DNA from: Trichinella spiralis
Taxonomy: Eukaryota
NCBI RefSeq assembly: GCF_000181795.1
Contig: NW_003526948.1
Location: forward strand, 1,720,206 to 1,767,414
Length of the DNA stretch: 47,209 bases
Direction of reading: 5' to 3'
Shown here: piece by piece, positions 1 to 11,735 of the stretch
How positions within the stretch are numbered: the stretch's first letter is position 1
Layout of the letters: every line of letters starts with the position of its first letter
The notes under the pieces: model-generated
What the model was told of the DNA's origin: nothing
The model's database searches: none
What the model saw: the letters and a program-made list of their open reading frames with translations, nothing else
Position numbers and translations under genes: made by a program

Positions 1-2862
1 AGATTTTTCTCTTCTTTGTAAGTTTCTGTACGTGTTCCGTTAATATCTGCCACATTCGCCAGTTGAAAAAATACAAATGTATTATTTCCATTTGGTTGAA
101 ACTAAAATTCAAATAAATTCAATCATTTTCATCATAGTAAAAAATCTGCTTCGTTTTCACGTACTGAAAATGTTGAAAAACGCAACGGACTAATATCAGC
201 AATTGCTGATAAACGTTCCACTAATCCCTTTTCAATTTCTTTGACACCAAAATCATTTAACTTGCTTATTGTTCCTAAAATAAGCAATAAAAATTATCTT
301 CATTTTCCGCAATCGTTTTAAAATAAATAATTAAATTATCAATTTACTGTTCACTGTAAATGATAGATAAGAATTATTTTCTTCAAAACGAAGACACGGT
401 TGAATCTGTGCATTTTTCCACAACGTCTGTCTCACATCGACGGCAGCAAAATTGAAAAATGTATACGATGCTAAATGCACTTTGCCATTCTGAAAGAAAA
501 GTATATTAAACAACATCAACAACAACAAATTCAACGCAAACGCAAATTTAAAATTTACTTACAAATAAAACAAATCAAAAATAACTTACACAAGTACGAT
601 AAGTGCGAATAATCCTAGGTCGTATTTCATCGTTATGCAATTCTGAATTCTGAAAAACAAGACAATTATAAATCAATTATGATAAATAATATTTTAATCA
701 AAAAAAAAATAATTCCATACCGTCTGCATCCAAAGTTCATAAACGGTCGAAGAATTCACTGTCTGATTTTCACCTCTCGATATCCATACATCAAAATAAT
801 TTTCATCATACATCCGCTATAATAATAATAAAGCGAATAATAAAAACAGAAACAACAAACAATTTTATTGTGTTGAAAACTTTGTTTTTACCTTGCCAAC
901 ATAGCCATATGTAAACTGATCAAACATCGTCAATATATCGGTAGCACTTTTCAGAGCAATCAACGTATAAGCAGTGGTTTGATTTAAAATTCGCGCATCA
1001 CCAGACATAGGAGGCAATGCACTCACAGCAATACAGTGCATGCTATTCGCATCGACCACATATTGAATGCCTAAAAATTTACCGCAAAATAATTCATTTA
1101 AGATAAAAATTTTTAATATAAAAACAAATAAATACTTAATGATATTGCATGTTTTAATAAAGTTCAATATTATATAAAATACCTGAATTGAAATCATGAA
1201 TAACGAACGAATTCAAATTGGTTACGTTTACAACTCGGTTGAATGTCAAATTTGAGTCTGGATTGTTAGTAAAAGCGATAACCTTTTGTTCGTCGGAATA
1301 GATAAGCTAAAATTAAAAAAATAATCAAAATTCAAATTACAAATACAACAATAAATGGCAAAGAATAATGTTGCTTTCACAAATACAAAACACCCACACG
1401 AATCAGAGAAGATGTTTTCTGGCTGTGATCGACAAATTCGATCCAAGTAGCAAAATTTTTCATTGTCAGCTGAGGGAATTCATCTGTTTTTAAACCAACG
1501 CAAAACACACCTTCCGGTGGCTAAACAGTACAATACAGTTAAAAGTTTTACAAAGTTGAAGCTGAACAAAAAAAAGTTTAAAGAGATTATATGCATATAC
1601 CAAAAAATATTTTTCTTTGTCGTTCTCCGTCAAGTTTGCGTTGAAACCAAAAAATGAATACGATACGTTTCCAATAACTTTGCCTACATCTTCACCTGCC
1701 TTTTCTAAAATTTTACAGACTTTTACTTTTCTTCAAATTTATTATAAAAAATAACACTAAAACAATAAAATTAAAATAAATTTCATAAAAATCTAAATCA
1801 GTAAGCAATTTATAAAATCAGCTTGAAATTTCACTCACCGTACATAAGAATGTTCATATGCAAAGGTACGTTAAATGAACCCCCTTTTGGTAACAAATAA
1901 GCTGGATCAAAAAGATCAATAGTTACTGCAGCTGTATGATTCTGCAGTGTGATATTTTTCGAATAAGTTGTCACACCGGGTACGTTTTGAACTGTCTGAT
2001 ATTCCTTTTCTTTAATAAAATTCCAAAAATCATATAAGCTGACAGGTATATCATCAAAAAATGAAGACAACAACAGCGGATTGATTTCTGATGCATTCAC
2101 TTTAGAAGCTGATCGTTCACACCGATTTAAACCTGTAATAAAAGAGAACAAAAAATGCAAATTCTCATCAAATTTACAAATTAAAATAAATAAATAAAAA
2201 CAAAAACCATCGTAATAAATGTGAGTATTGGACAATCGATCTAAAACAAGCTGAGCCATGGTACTGTTCTTCCATATTTGCAAACCGGTACTTTTCTTCC
2301 CATCGTTCATATTCACTTCCGTTACCATAATATCATATTTTGCAAAATGATCACTGGAAATAAATGAAATCTAAAACATATTTCATTTTTTATATCAATA
2401 TGAATATGAATACAATTTTTAAAGATTAAATAAATTTGAAAAAAGCGTAATTAAGTGACTGCAAATCAAAGCTTATTTATTTTGAAAATGACAAACATTT
2501 CTACTAACATCAATGCAAACAGCTCTTTAAAGTTATTAAAATATTAAATACAAATTTCACTTAATTTAACGAATACATTCAACATTTAATATTCAAATTG
2601 TAATTCTGCAAAAATTTTATTTTCAACTTTAAGAAATTTTCACAAATAATCAATGCCTAAATAAAAAATCAAATTTACATCTTTCAAAATGTTGAGATAA
2701 AATGAAAACTTAAATCAATACTTTATAATAATTTCTTAATTTACATATTTAGAATAAAACTGCATAACATACTGAAAAGTTTATAGGTAAAGATGGCAAA
2801 GTGATGGATGAAACTGAAGTCACTGTTAGCAATAACAAAACCACTGTTTTCTGATTAATCAT
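1..2862 (-). CDS. Multi-exon secreted/membrane glycoprotein, 3' end outside the window; resembles uncharacterised invertebrate proteins with ependymin/LolA-like beta-sheet domains
   Basis: Exon 1 (2862-2773) gives MINQKTVVLLLLTVTSVSSITLPSLPINFS, a signal peptide, followed by a GT donor. Exon 2 (2370-2208) gives ISFISSDHFAKYDIMVTEV...HIYYD. Later exons contain PPEGVFC, GIQYVVDANSMHCIAVS...FTYGYVGK and ISPLRF. The frame stays open to position 1. Family resemblance is from memory. Confidence 0.75.
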
Positions 2863-4866
2863 CTCGTTCTGACCAAACCTAAAAGCTGAATTTCAACATT
2901 AGCTGACGCAATGCTATATCAAATCAATCGGTTCGCATTCAATCTGCAAAAAATTTCAAATATTTTACGCACATTTCTCACGCGTTAGCATTTAAACACA
3001 TGGCACAATTTAAGAAAATACATGATAGGAAATTATATAAATAATTACAATGCAATAAAAACTAGTTTTCAGAATTCAAAAAGTTTGAACAGAAATATCT
3101 AAACAAAATATATTTATTTTTAAAATGCTTTCATAAATGACAAATAAAATTTCTAACGCAATCGTTACGCGATCATGATACAAATTCAGCAACAGCAAAT
3201 TATTCCTATAAACATAAAAGTTTCTTACACTTAGAAATAAAACAGACATTTCAGCAGTCTATATTATTGAAAGAATTCCTAACAGAAAAATTACATAAAT
3301 TTACAACTTGAAATTGTTGTCAAATGTAAGCAGCAATTCTCTACCACAAAAACGTGATAAACATTGCACCACCATAACTTCGGTGGAAAACACTACAGTA
3401 ATCAAATGAAGTTTATTAAAGTTACAGTAATATTTCCGAATATTTTTATAATAAAATGTGCTATGATATTTTGAAAAATTTAAGAATACATAAACTTTAA
3501 TAAATAATAATCAAAAATTAATCATTAATTCAGTTAAAATATCATAAATGGAAATGAAAAATATTCGGAACGACAAAGCACTGTTTCAAACAGACACGTC
3601 GTAGCATTGGAAAGTTATTTACAAAATGAAATCTCAAAGGTAACAGATAAAATAGCCTTTTCTTTAAACATGTTTAGACACACATTTTAGTTTATACATT
3701 AACATATATATAAATGATTTGTAAACTTTTTTTGTTATGAAATAATGATTTTATGTAGAAAGAACAAAAAAGCTGTTGCATAAGTTTTACGAAATAATAA
3801 CAGTGAAATAAGTATAAACAACCGTTATTGCTGTGTATAATGGTAACTATATTTATTTTCTAGTATTCTGTTGAAATATTCAACGTCGTGCTAAATGAAG
3901 TTGAAATAAATTTGAAAACTGCAGAAATGCAAAACTGGCGTACACTATCAGTCATGTATAACTTGGGAGAAAACGGCAATCGTATCGCAAGGTCACGTGT
4001 TTAATAGGCTCATATGCACATCAGTTATTAATTAGAAAAGACATAAGAGAAATTTTAACACTAAGAGGTCCGTATGAACACTATAATGGTCTGACGTTGG
4101 GTGAGTCACATAAGCATTGGTCTTCAAAGAAAGCTGCAACGAGGCCAGTTCTTAATGAAGAGAATAACAGAATATTAAGAACGACACAAGCTGAAAAAAT
4201 TATATATTATAAAAATGTGAAATAATTTCAATTCAAATCTTAACTACTGAATACATGCACAAAACTTCGATTTAGCAGATGCATTCATTTAATGTTAAAT
4301 GAATTGAAAAGATAAGCAATCGCTTTCTAGTTGTTATTTTTCATATTATACCAGAAGACCAAAAAGTTGAAGCACTTTTTTGTATCATCTTTATTTCAAC
4401 ATGACGTTGCAAATGCATAAATTTTAATTAGAAAATCTGCGTTTTAGATATACTGTATTTGGCAAAATAAAGATAATTTAATAAATATTGTTCTTTTAAA
4501 GTGCATTAAATTATTTCATAATGTCAAAACGTTATTGCAAATGCTCAATTAAACATGCTTTTCCTTTTAGCTACTGTATGAACATGTTGTTGATGGCATA
4601 TTGTTCTAATTATCGAATACTAATCATCGGTAAGATTTATTTTTAATTTTTTACCAAATAATTTATAAAATTACTTATTAGTATAAAAAGTTTTCTATAT
4701 TAATTTACCATACAACTTTTATTTTTTAGATATGGGAATGAGCGCAAATTATTTTGTTCACATTCTGATCATCAAATGAGGTCTTGAGAAATATATAAGT
4801 ATAAAAGGAGAAAGTGTCAATAAGTGTGAAATTTTATATTTTGATTTTTCGATTTTGACGTTTATA

Positions 4867-6575
4867 ATGCCTGAAGATCCATGGGACTTCTACAAACGTA
4901 TTGGGCAACCGAAATTTGTTGTGGCACCCATGGTGGAGCAGAGGTATTACTGTTGATGCTTTATTATGCTTTCGACATTGAAGAAGAGCTGCGTATAATT
5001 TTTTAAATTTATTTTTGTTCATGTGTTTTTATTCGAATACAGCGAACTTCCTTGGCGTTTGTTGTGTCGACGTCATGGTGCTCAGCTTTGTTACACTCCG
5101 ATGCTGCATGCTGGCAATTTTCTGACCGATGAACTGTATCGGAAAACTCATTTTACAACTTGTCCAGAAGATCGACCTCTTATTGCTCAGGTATTTTGTA
5201 TGATTCAGGATATTGGATAGTTTACCTTGTGAATGTAAAATGTAATTTGATTTTGACTTAAATTAGTTTTGTGCGAACGAACCTGAAACTTTATTCAATG
5301 CCGCGTCGCTTGTAGCTAACCAATGCGACGCCATCGATATTAATTTGGGGTGTCCGCAGACGATTGCGCGACGTGGCAAGTACGGTGCCTACTTGCAGGA
5401 TGATTGGGATCTTGTTAGCTCTTTAAGTTAGTGTAATAGGTTGAAAATTCTATTATTAAATTGTTCGTTTAGTTAAATCTGCATGTCGATTGCCTATCCC
5501 AGTCACGTGCAAAATACGCATTTTTCCCGAAGTTCGACGTACAGTTGAATATGCGCAAATGATACAAGCATCAGGTTGTACGGTGAGCAATTTGTTATTT
5601 TAATTATCGATTATTAACATTTTTGTCAGATTTTTTAAATTTAACTTTTAAATTTTCTTTTTTATTTTCAGCTTCTTGCCGTCCATGGACGAACACGAGA
5701 ACAAAAAGGTCGTACTTGTGGTTTAGCCGATTGGGATCACATAGCAGCTGTGAAGTACTTCTTGAGCTTATTATTTATTTGTAAACATTATTATTATATT
5801 ATTCATATTGGAAAACCTACCTCAGAAGTGCTTTGCAAATTCCCGTATTTGCGAACGGCAGCATTCGATACTTCGCTGACATTGACCGATGTTTAAAATG
5901 TACTGGTGCCGATGGGGTGATGTGTGCAGGTGTAAAGCGTATATTATGATTCATGTGTAATTTGTATTGTTTCAGAAAGTAATTTGAGCAATCCATACTT
6001 GTTTGAAAATCGCCAAGCCCCAGTTTGGGAGCCTTGCTTAGAGTATTTAAATCTTGTCAAAGAGTACCCTTGTCCAATTTCTTTTGTACGAGCGCATTTA
6101 TTTAAATTGTGTCACAGATGGCAAGTATATGTTTGTTTGTTTGTTTTTTATAATTCTACAATAAGAGGTTTATTTTGCTTCTAGTTTTTATCATTATCTA
6201 GATTTGTGCGAAGATTTACACAAATGCACCGATTTGGATGAAGCTGTTTCAGTTGTACAACGTTTGAAAAGTCGTTTCTTGGTTTGTACTTTTGCAAAAG
6301 TACATAGTTAGCTTTGATTTTTATTGTTCTTTTTGAAGGAAATCAGTGAAAAATGGATCGCACAGTCATTGACCGAAGATGCGGCGGATTCAGAACCATT
6401 TTGGCAATGCCAACCGCGTTCTTCAGTATTGTTAGAGACTTCCGAATGGATAGAAAAGAGAAAGAGCAGGAAAGAATTTATTGTAAAACAAGCGAATGAA
6501 TTGGGAATTTCAAAGCATCAAGTTAAGAGGTTGCTGAGGCTCTCGAATAAAAAGCGAAAGCTAAAACAAGCTTGA
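4867..6575 (+). CDS. DUS1L: tRNA-dihydrouridine(16/17) synthase DUS1-like, multi-exon, C-terminally shortened
   Basis: Spliced translation: [46 protein letters not shown]...[12 protein letters not shown]...[24 protein letters not shown]...PVTCKIR...[12 protein letters not shown]...ADWDHI...IPVFANG...[16 protein letters not shown]. These are the DUS family motifs. Stop is TGA at 6573-6575. Confidence 0.95.
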
Positions 6576-6790
6576 AAATCCAGGTTAGTTTTGTATTTAT
6601 GCAACTAGTTATTATTCACAGAAAACCGAGCTATACGTCAGGAATATTACTGTAACTTTAATGAACTTTATTAACGTGCAGGTTACATCATTTAAGTCAT
6701 TGCAAATTTCTGTTCGAAATGTGCAGGACGTGCTGCATGTGATGGCAAACAAATGAAAGAAGATATTGTCTATTCCATATGATTTATTGA
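6576..6790 (+). pseudogene. Vestigial DUS1L C-terminal Cys/His (zinc-finger-like) exons downstream of the stop
   Basis: Introns at 6584-6621 and about 6637-6681 keep the frame, giving KSRKPSYTLHHLSHCKFLFEMCRTCCM*WQTNERRYCLFH. The CRxCC-x10-C-x2-H spacing matches the DUS1L tail as I remember it (CRGCCKKRASKETADCPGH). Both introns are short (about 38 and 45 nt). Confidence 0.6.
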
Positions 6791-7137
6791 TTGTTTGGTA
6801 TAACACGGCGTCAAATTTTGTTATTTGTTTAATGAGAATTTTAATTTTGATTGTAAAAATGCCATGTTATGTTCAAATTAATATGTTTCATGGATGAAAT
6901 ATTTCGTTCTTTGTTCTTTTGTATGAGGTGGAATATTGTTTGATTTTGAGCAATCTTTGGGAAAAAACAAGTAAATATATTGTACGGGTATATTGTTTTC
7001 CATTTTTACGATTCAGAATGTGTTGTAATACACATATATTTATTTCATATACATTATATGTGACATTATCTATGCAGATGTATGTATATATATGTATATC
7101 GGTATGATTTTTTTTCTCGTAAGATTTTTTGGAGAAA

Positions 7138-8318
7138 ATGATTGCTGAAACACTTTTCCATGATGATAATGCAAGCTTACGAGCAGGGTAATTATTGTTC
7201 AGTAGATTTTTTTTGTTTTTCTTTGAAATTTCTTGGTATGTTTTTTGTTTGTAAAATTGATTCATTTTGAGGGAACCTGTTTGTACTGGCGCATCAGTAA
7301 TTGCGTTGATGTTTGACCAAGGGGTTGTAATTGCTGCAGATACAAAGCTATCTTATGGTCGTTTTTCACGTTATAAGGGCGTGTCTCGTCTTATGCGAGT
7401 AAACGATAACACAATTCTTGGCGTTAGCGGTGATTACGCCGACTATCAATATCTACAAAGCATCATCAACGGCAGACAGTATGTTCACTTTCAGATATTG
7501 TTTTATATTTGATTTGTTTATTTATTTTACTGTTTTGAATGACATATTGTGCTTTCAGGATGGGAATGAACAGTTCTCAAATGAGAGGGGAATTTACACC
7601 AGCCTCCATGCATACTTTTTTGACCAGTGTTTTGTACGCAAGGTGAGTTTGAATTGTATTGTACAGTGAAATTTGCTTCTTCCCTCGGTTGTTATAATGT
7701 AATTTTATTGATTTTCTGTAGACGTTCGAAGTTGAATCCTTTGTGGAATTCGTACGTTGTTTGCGGTGTGACGGAAGGGACGAAGACACCCTATTTGGGC
7801 ACGGTGAATTTGTATGGGGTGTCTTATACAAATAATTTCGTCGCGACTGGCTTGGGAAGTTATCTGGTTCAAGTAGACAGTGTTTAAATTATTTTTTTTT
7901 GAATTTTTAATAATTGATTAATGTTTTTTTTCCACATTTAAGCATTATTTGGAAAAGAAGTTGGAAGATTGTGAGAAAGAAGGGATTAAGCTGAACGAAG
8001 CTGATGCCGCGTTGGCTTTGCGAAATTGCATAGAAATTTTATATGAGCGTGACTGTTTAGCTTATAATGAGGTAGAATTGTTTCATTTATAAAAAGATTT
8101 TTTTCAAATAGCACATTTTTTCCAGTATGAACTCGGAGTGGTTACTGCTGACAACTGCGTGATCACTGGCAAGCACACAGTTAGTGGAAAGTGGGGTCAT
8201 GCTGGCTTGATTACGTAAGTTTTAACAGTTGAACATTTTGCTTGTTTTAACAATAGAAAAGAGAAAACAGAACAAAAAACTATTATAAACGTTTGTTTAT
8301 TTAAGGGGCTATGAGTAG
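7138..8318 (+). CDS. PSMB4: 20S proteasome subunit beta type-4 (beta7), multi-exon
   Basis: EPVCTGASVIALMFDQGVVIAADTKLSYGRFSRYKGVSRL...SGDYADYQYL...LTSVLYARRSKLNPLWN...ATGLGSYL...ILYERDC...SGKWGHAGLITGYE*, stop TAG at 8316-8318. Matches PSMB4/pbs-7 motifs, including the C-terminus. Confidence 0.95.
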
Positions 8319-9674
8319 CTAGCTGTCTGTGATTAAAGAAGAGCAACTAATTTATGGGAAAAGAATTGGAAATTTTATTTATTACAAAATGGAAATTTTC
8401 ATTGTGAAATAAATAAAATTGAAAAACAAACAAACATTGTTTGAATTAAAAAATGACCAGTATTAACAAAAAGTTGCAATGTGAAATGGATTCTGTATGT
8501 TAAGCTGCGAACATTGTTGAGAAGTTGAAAGAAAACATACATTTTAATAAATAATGAAATAAAATTTCAGAAAATAAATAAAAATCACAATAATGTGATT
8601 TGATTCATTCGTGGCGATAAAGTTCTATTATTTGTGGAAGAATTAAAATTTTTGTAGTTTCACATTTATCTGATAATCAAGTTTTTATACTGTACAATTT
8701 GTAGAACTCGATATGAGGAATTTGAAAATAAAAGTGTAAAAAGAGCGGAAATGATTTGAAATAGATAAATAAATACGGTTCAATTTCTTTTTCTCACAAA
8801 CGTGCCATTTGACCCAGATATTCTTTTCATACGTTTCCAATTCACATGACAGATTATGGTATTCAAGGTCAATTGTCGTTTATGTTGTTTTCAAATTGTT
8901 GAATTTGATTTGCAAACAACACTTAAATGTGTAATTTGAAAAAGAAAAAAATGCAAAATTTTCATACTCAAAGAAAAAGAATATTAGTAGACAACTTTCA
9001 CATATACGATTTGAAAAAATTGTATGAAAAATTGCTATTTGTTCAATAACTAGCTGTTGCATTTTGAACATATTGAGTGTGATGTAATGTCATTTCAAGT
9101 TGAGCAAGTTTTCTTTTTTTTTTGTAAAATTTTCTGTCAAGTTGAACAAACTTTATCCAAATTGTTGGAATCGTGTCATATACCGTAATTACTGTCGGAT
9201 AACGAATGGTTCATTTATTATTGATTCAACTAGACTGTAAATGCACATATGCAGATGACTGTTTGTGCATGTGAATGAATTATATTATAGAAATATGTTG
9301 TCAATAAGAATAACAGAGATTTTGTTTGAAATAAAAACGAAACCCAATTAAACTTCCTTAATATCAGGAAAGAGAAATGAAAAAATAACTTGAATACGCC
9401 ACCTAGTGTTGGGTAAATCTCCAAGGCAACGGTGCTTAGCAGATGCATAAATTCGTTGTTTGGTCCAGTTTGCGACCTTGTCCCGTTTGTCAATAGTGTA
9501 CGGAATGAAAAACTGGTCAATCTCGCCGGTTGGTAGAAGTTTGCTATCGTCGTTGCTTCGTTCGTCGGTTGCCTGACGGCAGGACGATTATTCAAAGAAA
9601 GTTCCAAAGAAATTCCCAATTTTTGGTCGTAATTTCAACGATAAATATACGAACAGGCTAAACGAACAGTAGAA

Positions 9675-11735
9675 ATGCTGACGAAAGATAAATGGATCAG
9701 TGACAGGCAAGATAATGAACAAGTCGAAGAAGATACGGGATGTTTGGTGAATACGGTAGATTTTACCATTGAACAAGCGGCGTTGAAGGGGCGAAGACGG
9801 CTCCAACACCGGGTAATGGGATTCGGCTGCGTGGCTTTGTTGTTCGGCATTCTGTTCATCGTTGTCGGTATATTGGTGTTTGTGCTCCGGCCGACGGTTC
9901 TGGCAATCAGTCGCCACAGTTACCAGGCGGAATTACTGTGGAACAACGTGCTGTTGTTGATGGTAGGACTGAGTGCTGTTGGATCCCAACTGCTCCACAG
10001 CGACCTGCTGCTCAGCTTGGCCACGATGAATTGCCTAGTGTCGGCTGTCATGGCGATCGGTTCATTGTCCACACATTTAGCCGGCGCCTATTTCGCCCAC
10101 TTGGATGCCAAATCACCGCCCGTCAATTTCAACAATGGAACTTCGGCAAATCAGTCGCCGGCTGCTGGCACTGGTAATCTATTTCATTTGAATATCTCGG
10201 TCGTGGTGTTGGGCTTGTTGGCTTGGTTGACGACGGTGCTGTTGTTCCGCGACTGTCGTCAACTGTTGTCCTCGACAGCCGGACCCGGTCAACGTCGGGA
10301 TGTACTGTTGACCAGCCCGAGATTGACAATCGCGTCGGTGGTGCAGTTGATCTTGGGCTTGCTATTGACCGCCTGGTACGTTTCCATCGAAGTACTGTAC
10401 GCCGGCAACAACGTCGACCTGAATCCAATCGACGCCGACATGTTGCCGTTGTGCTTGCTGATGACCAGTGCCGGCTGCATGAGTGTGGTCGCTCTGGCCG
10501 ACCGCGCCCGTGCGATGCTGACCACGGCGGCCCTGTTGCACGGAGTCAGCTTGTTGTTGGCGGTCAATTTTTCCCACCGCCCGTTCGCCTTGTTCTCCTT
10601 CATTCTCGACCACTGGTCAGCAACGTCTCGCCACAGCGCTTTCTTTTACGAAATTCGACTCTTCCTTTGTCTGCTGTTGACGATCACCTACGCGCTGTTG
10701 TCCGCCTTGACCGGCTATTTGTTTTACAAAATGACCAAATTCAGCTTGAACTCCGACGTCGTGCAACCGGGCAACGGCGGTATTTCGCGTGAAAAAAAAT
10801 GGCGCCGTCGACGTTTCGCAAGCTCAATTTTACCTTTCATCCAAACCCTGCTCGGCTTGGCCTACGCCCTTTTGGACGTGCTAGCCGTCGGCATGTTTTA
10901 CATGTACAAGTTGGATTTCACACCACTGCCCGTGTTCGTCGTCTGCAGCGGTCTGCTGACATTGAGACGCTGGAACGAGTCGACTGTAGTCGCTCTGGCA
11001 GCCAGCGTGTCCTTCTTCTGCCTACCGTACGCCTTCCGAGATGTCTACTTGTTCATTTTCCACACCGCCTGGTCCATATCGCCGTCCAGCGTGCGAGTAG
11101 TCGCCAGTCGAATGACCGGCTCCAATTTGGCCGTGCACATGGCGCTTTTCCTGATCGCTCTGCTCGAGCTGGCGATCAGCTTTTTCCTGCTGCTGAGCGC
11201 GTTGAAAACCCTAACCACCAAATGGCGCCTCGTCCCAAACGGTCCCGGTCAACTGGGAGGTGCAATTTTCAAACTGCTCCGCTTGTTGGCAATTTGGCAG
11301 ACGCTGACCGGCTCGGTGGAGGTGGGCGTCGGCGGCCGCCTGTTCACCAGCCACGCCAAATCGCCCAAATTGGCAGCTTTGTGCGGCGACGGTTCCATCG
11401 TCCGCGGGACATTGGTCGCCGGCGCCGGGGCGTTGCTGTTCGCCGCACTCGGTCGACCGCCGCTGCTTCGCTGCGCCCTGCTGGTCCAGGCCGCGGTTCT
11501 GGTCGCCACATATGCACAGCTCGACCCCGTCGCCAACCAGGCGAGCTCGTTGTTCCAAACGCCCACATTGGGCAAAGCCGCTTTCGGGGCGACGCTTTCC
11601 GCTCTGATCCTCACCACACTGGTTGTCGTTGTGTTGGCTCTTTATTTGGAACGTTCCAAAATGGAACCGAAACGCAGAGAACAGTCTGCTTTGATCAACT
11701 CTGGAAGAGAAATGAAAACTATTCGTTCTCACTGA
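9675..11735 (+). CDS. Intronless 686-aa polytopic membrane protein, about 16 TM, apparently four tandem MS4A/CD20-like tetraspan modules
   Basis: Single long ORF, much more GC-rich than its flanks. A TM1-like motif recurs as ALLFG (aa54), QLILG (aa224), QTLLG (aa390) and QTLTG (aa542). Also TM3-like TMNCLVSAVMAIG and TM4-like LFLIALLELAISF. Confidence 0.85.
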   Translation: MLTKDKWISDRQDNEQVEEDTGCLVNTVDFTIEQAALKGRRRLQHRVMGFGCVALLFGILFIVVGILVFVLRPTVLAISRHSYQAELLWNNVLLLMVGLSAVGSQLLHSDLLLSLATMNCLVSAVMAIGSLSTHLAGAYFAHLDAKSPPVNFNNGTSANQSPAAGTGNLFHLNISVVVLGLLAWLTTVLLFRDCRQLLSSTAGPGQRRDVLLTSPRLTIASVVQLILGLLLTAWYVSIEVLYAGNNVDLNPIDADMLPLCLLMTSAGCMSVVALADRARAMLTTAALLHGVSLLLAVNFSHRPFALFSFILDHWSATSRHSAFFYEIRLFLCLLLTITYALLSALTGYLFYKMTKFSLNSDVVQPGNGGISREKKWRRRRFASSILPFIQTLLGLAYALLDVLAVGMFYMYKLDFTPLPVFVVCSGLLTLRRWNESTVVALAASVSFFCLPYAFRDVYLFIFHTAWSISPSSVRVVASRMTGSNLAVHMALFLIALLELAISFFLLLSALKTLTTKWRLVPNGPGQLGGAIFKLLRLLAIWQTLTGSVEVGVGGRLFTSHAKSPKLAALCGDGSIVRGTLVAGAGALLFAALGRPPLLRCALLVQAAVLVATYAQLDPVANQASSLFQTPTLGKAAFGATLSALILTTLVVVVLALYLERSKMEPKRREQSALINSGREMKTIRSH

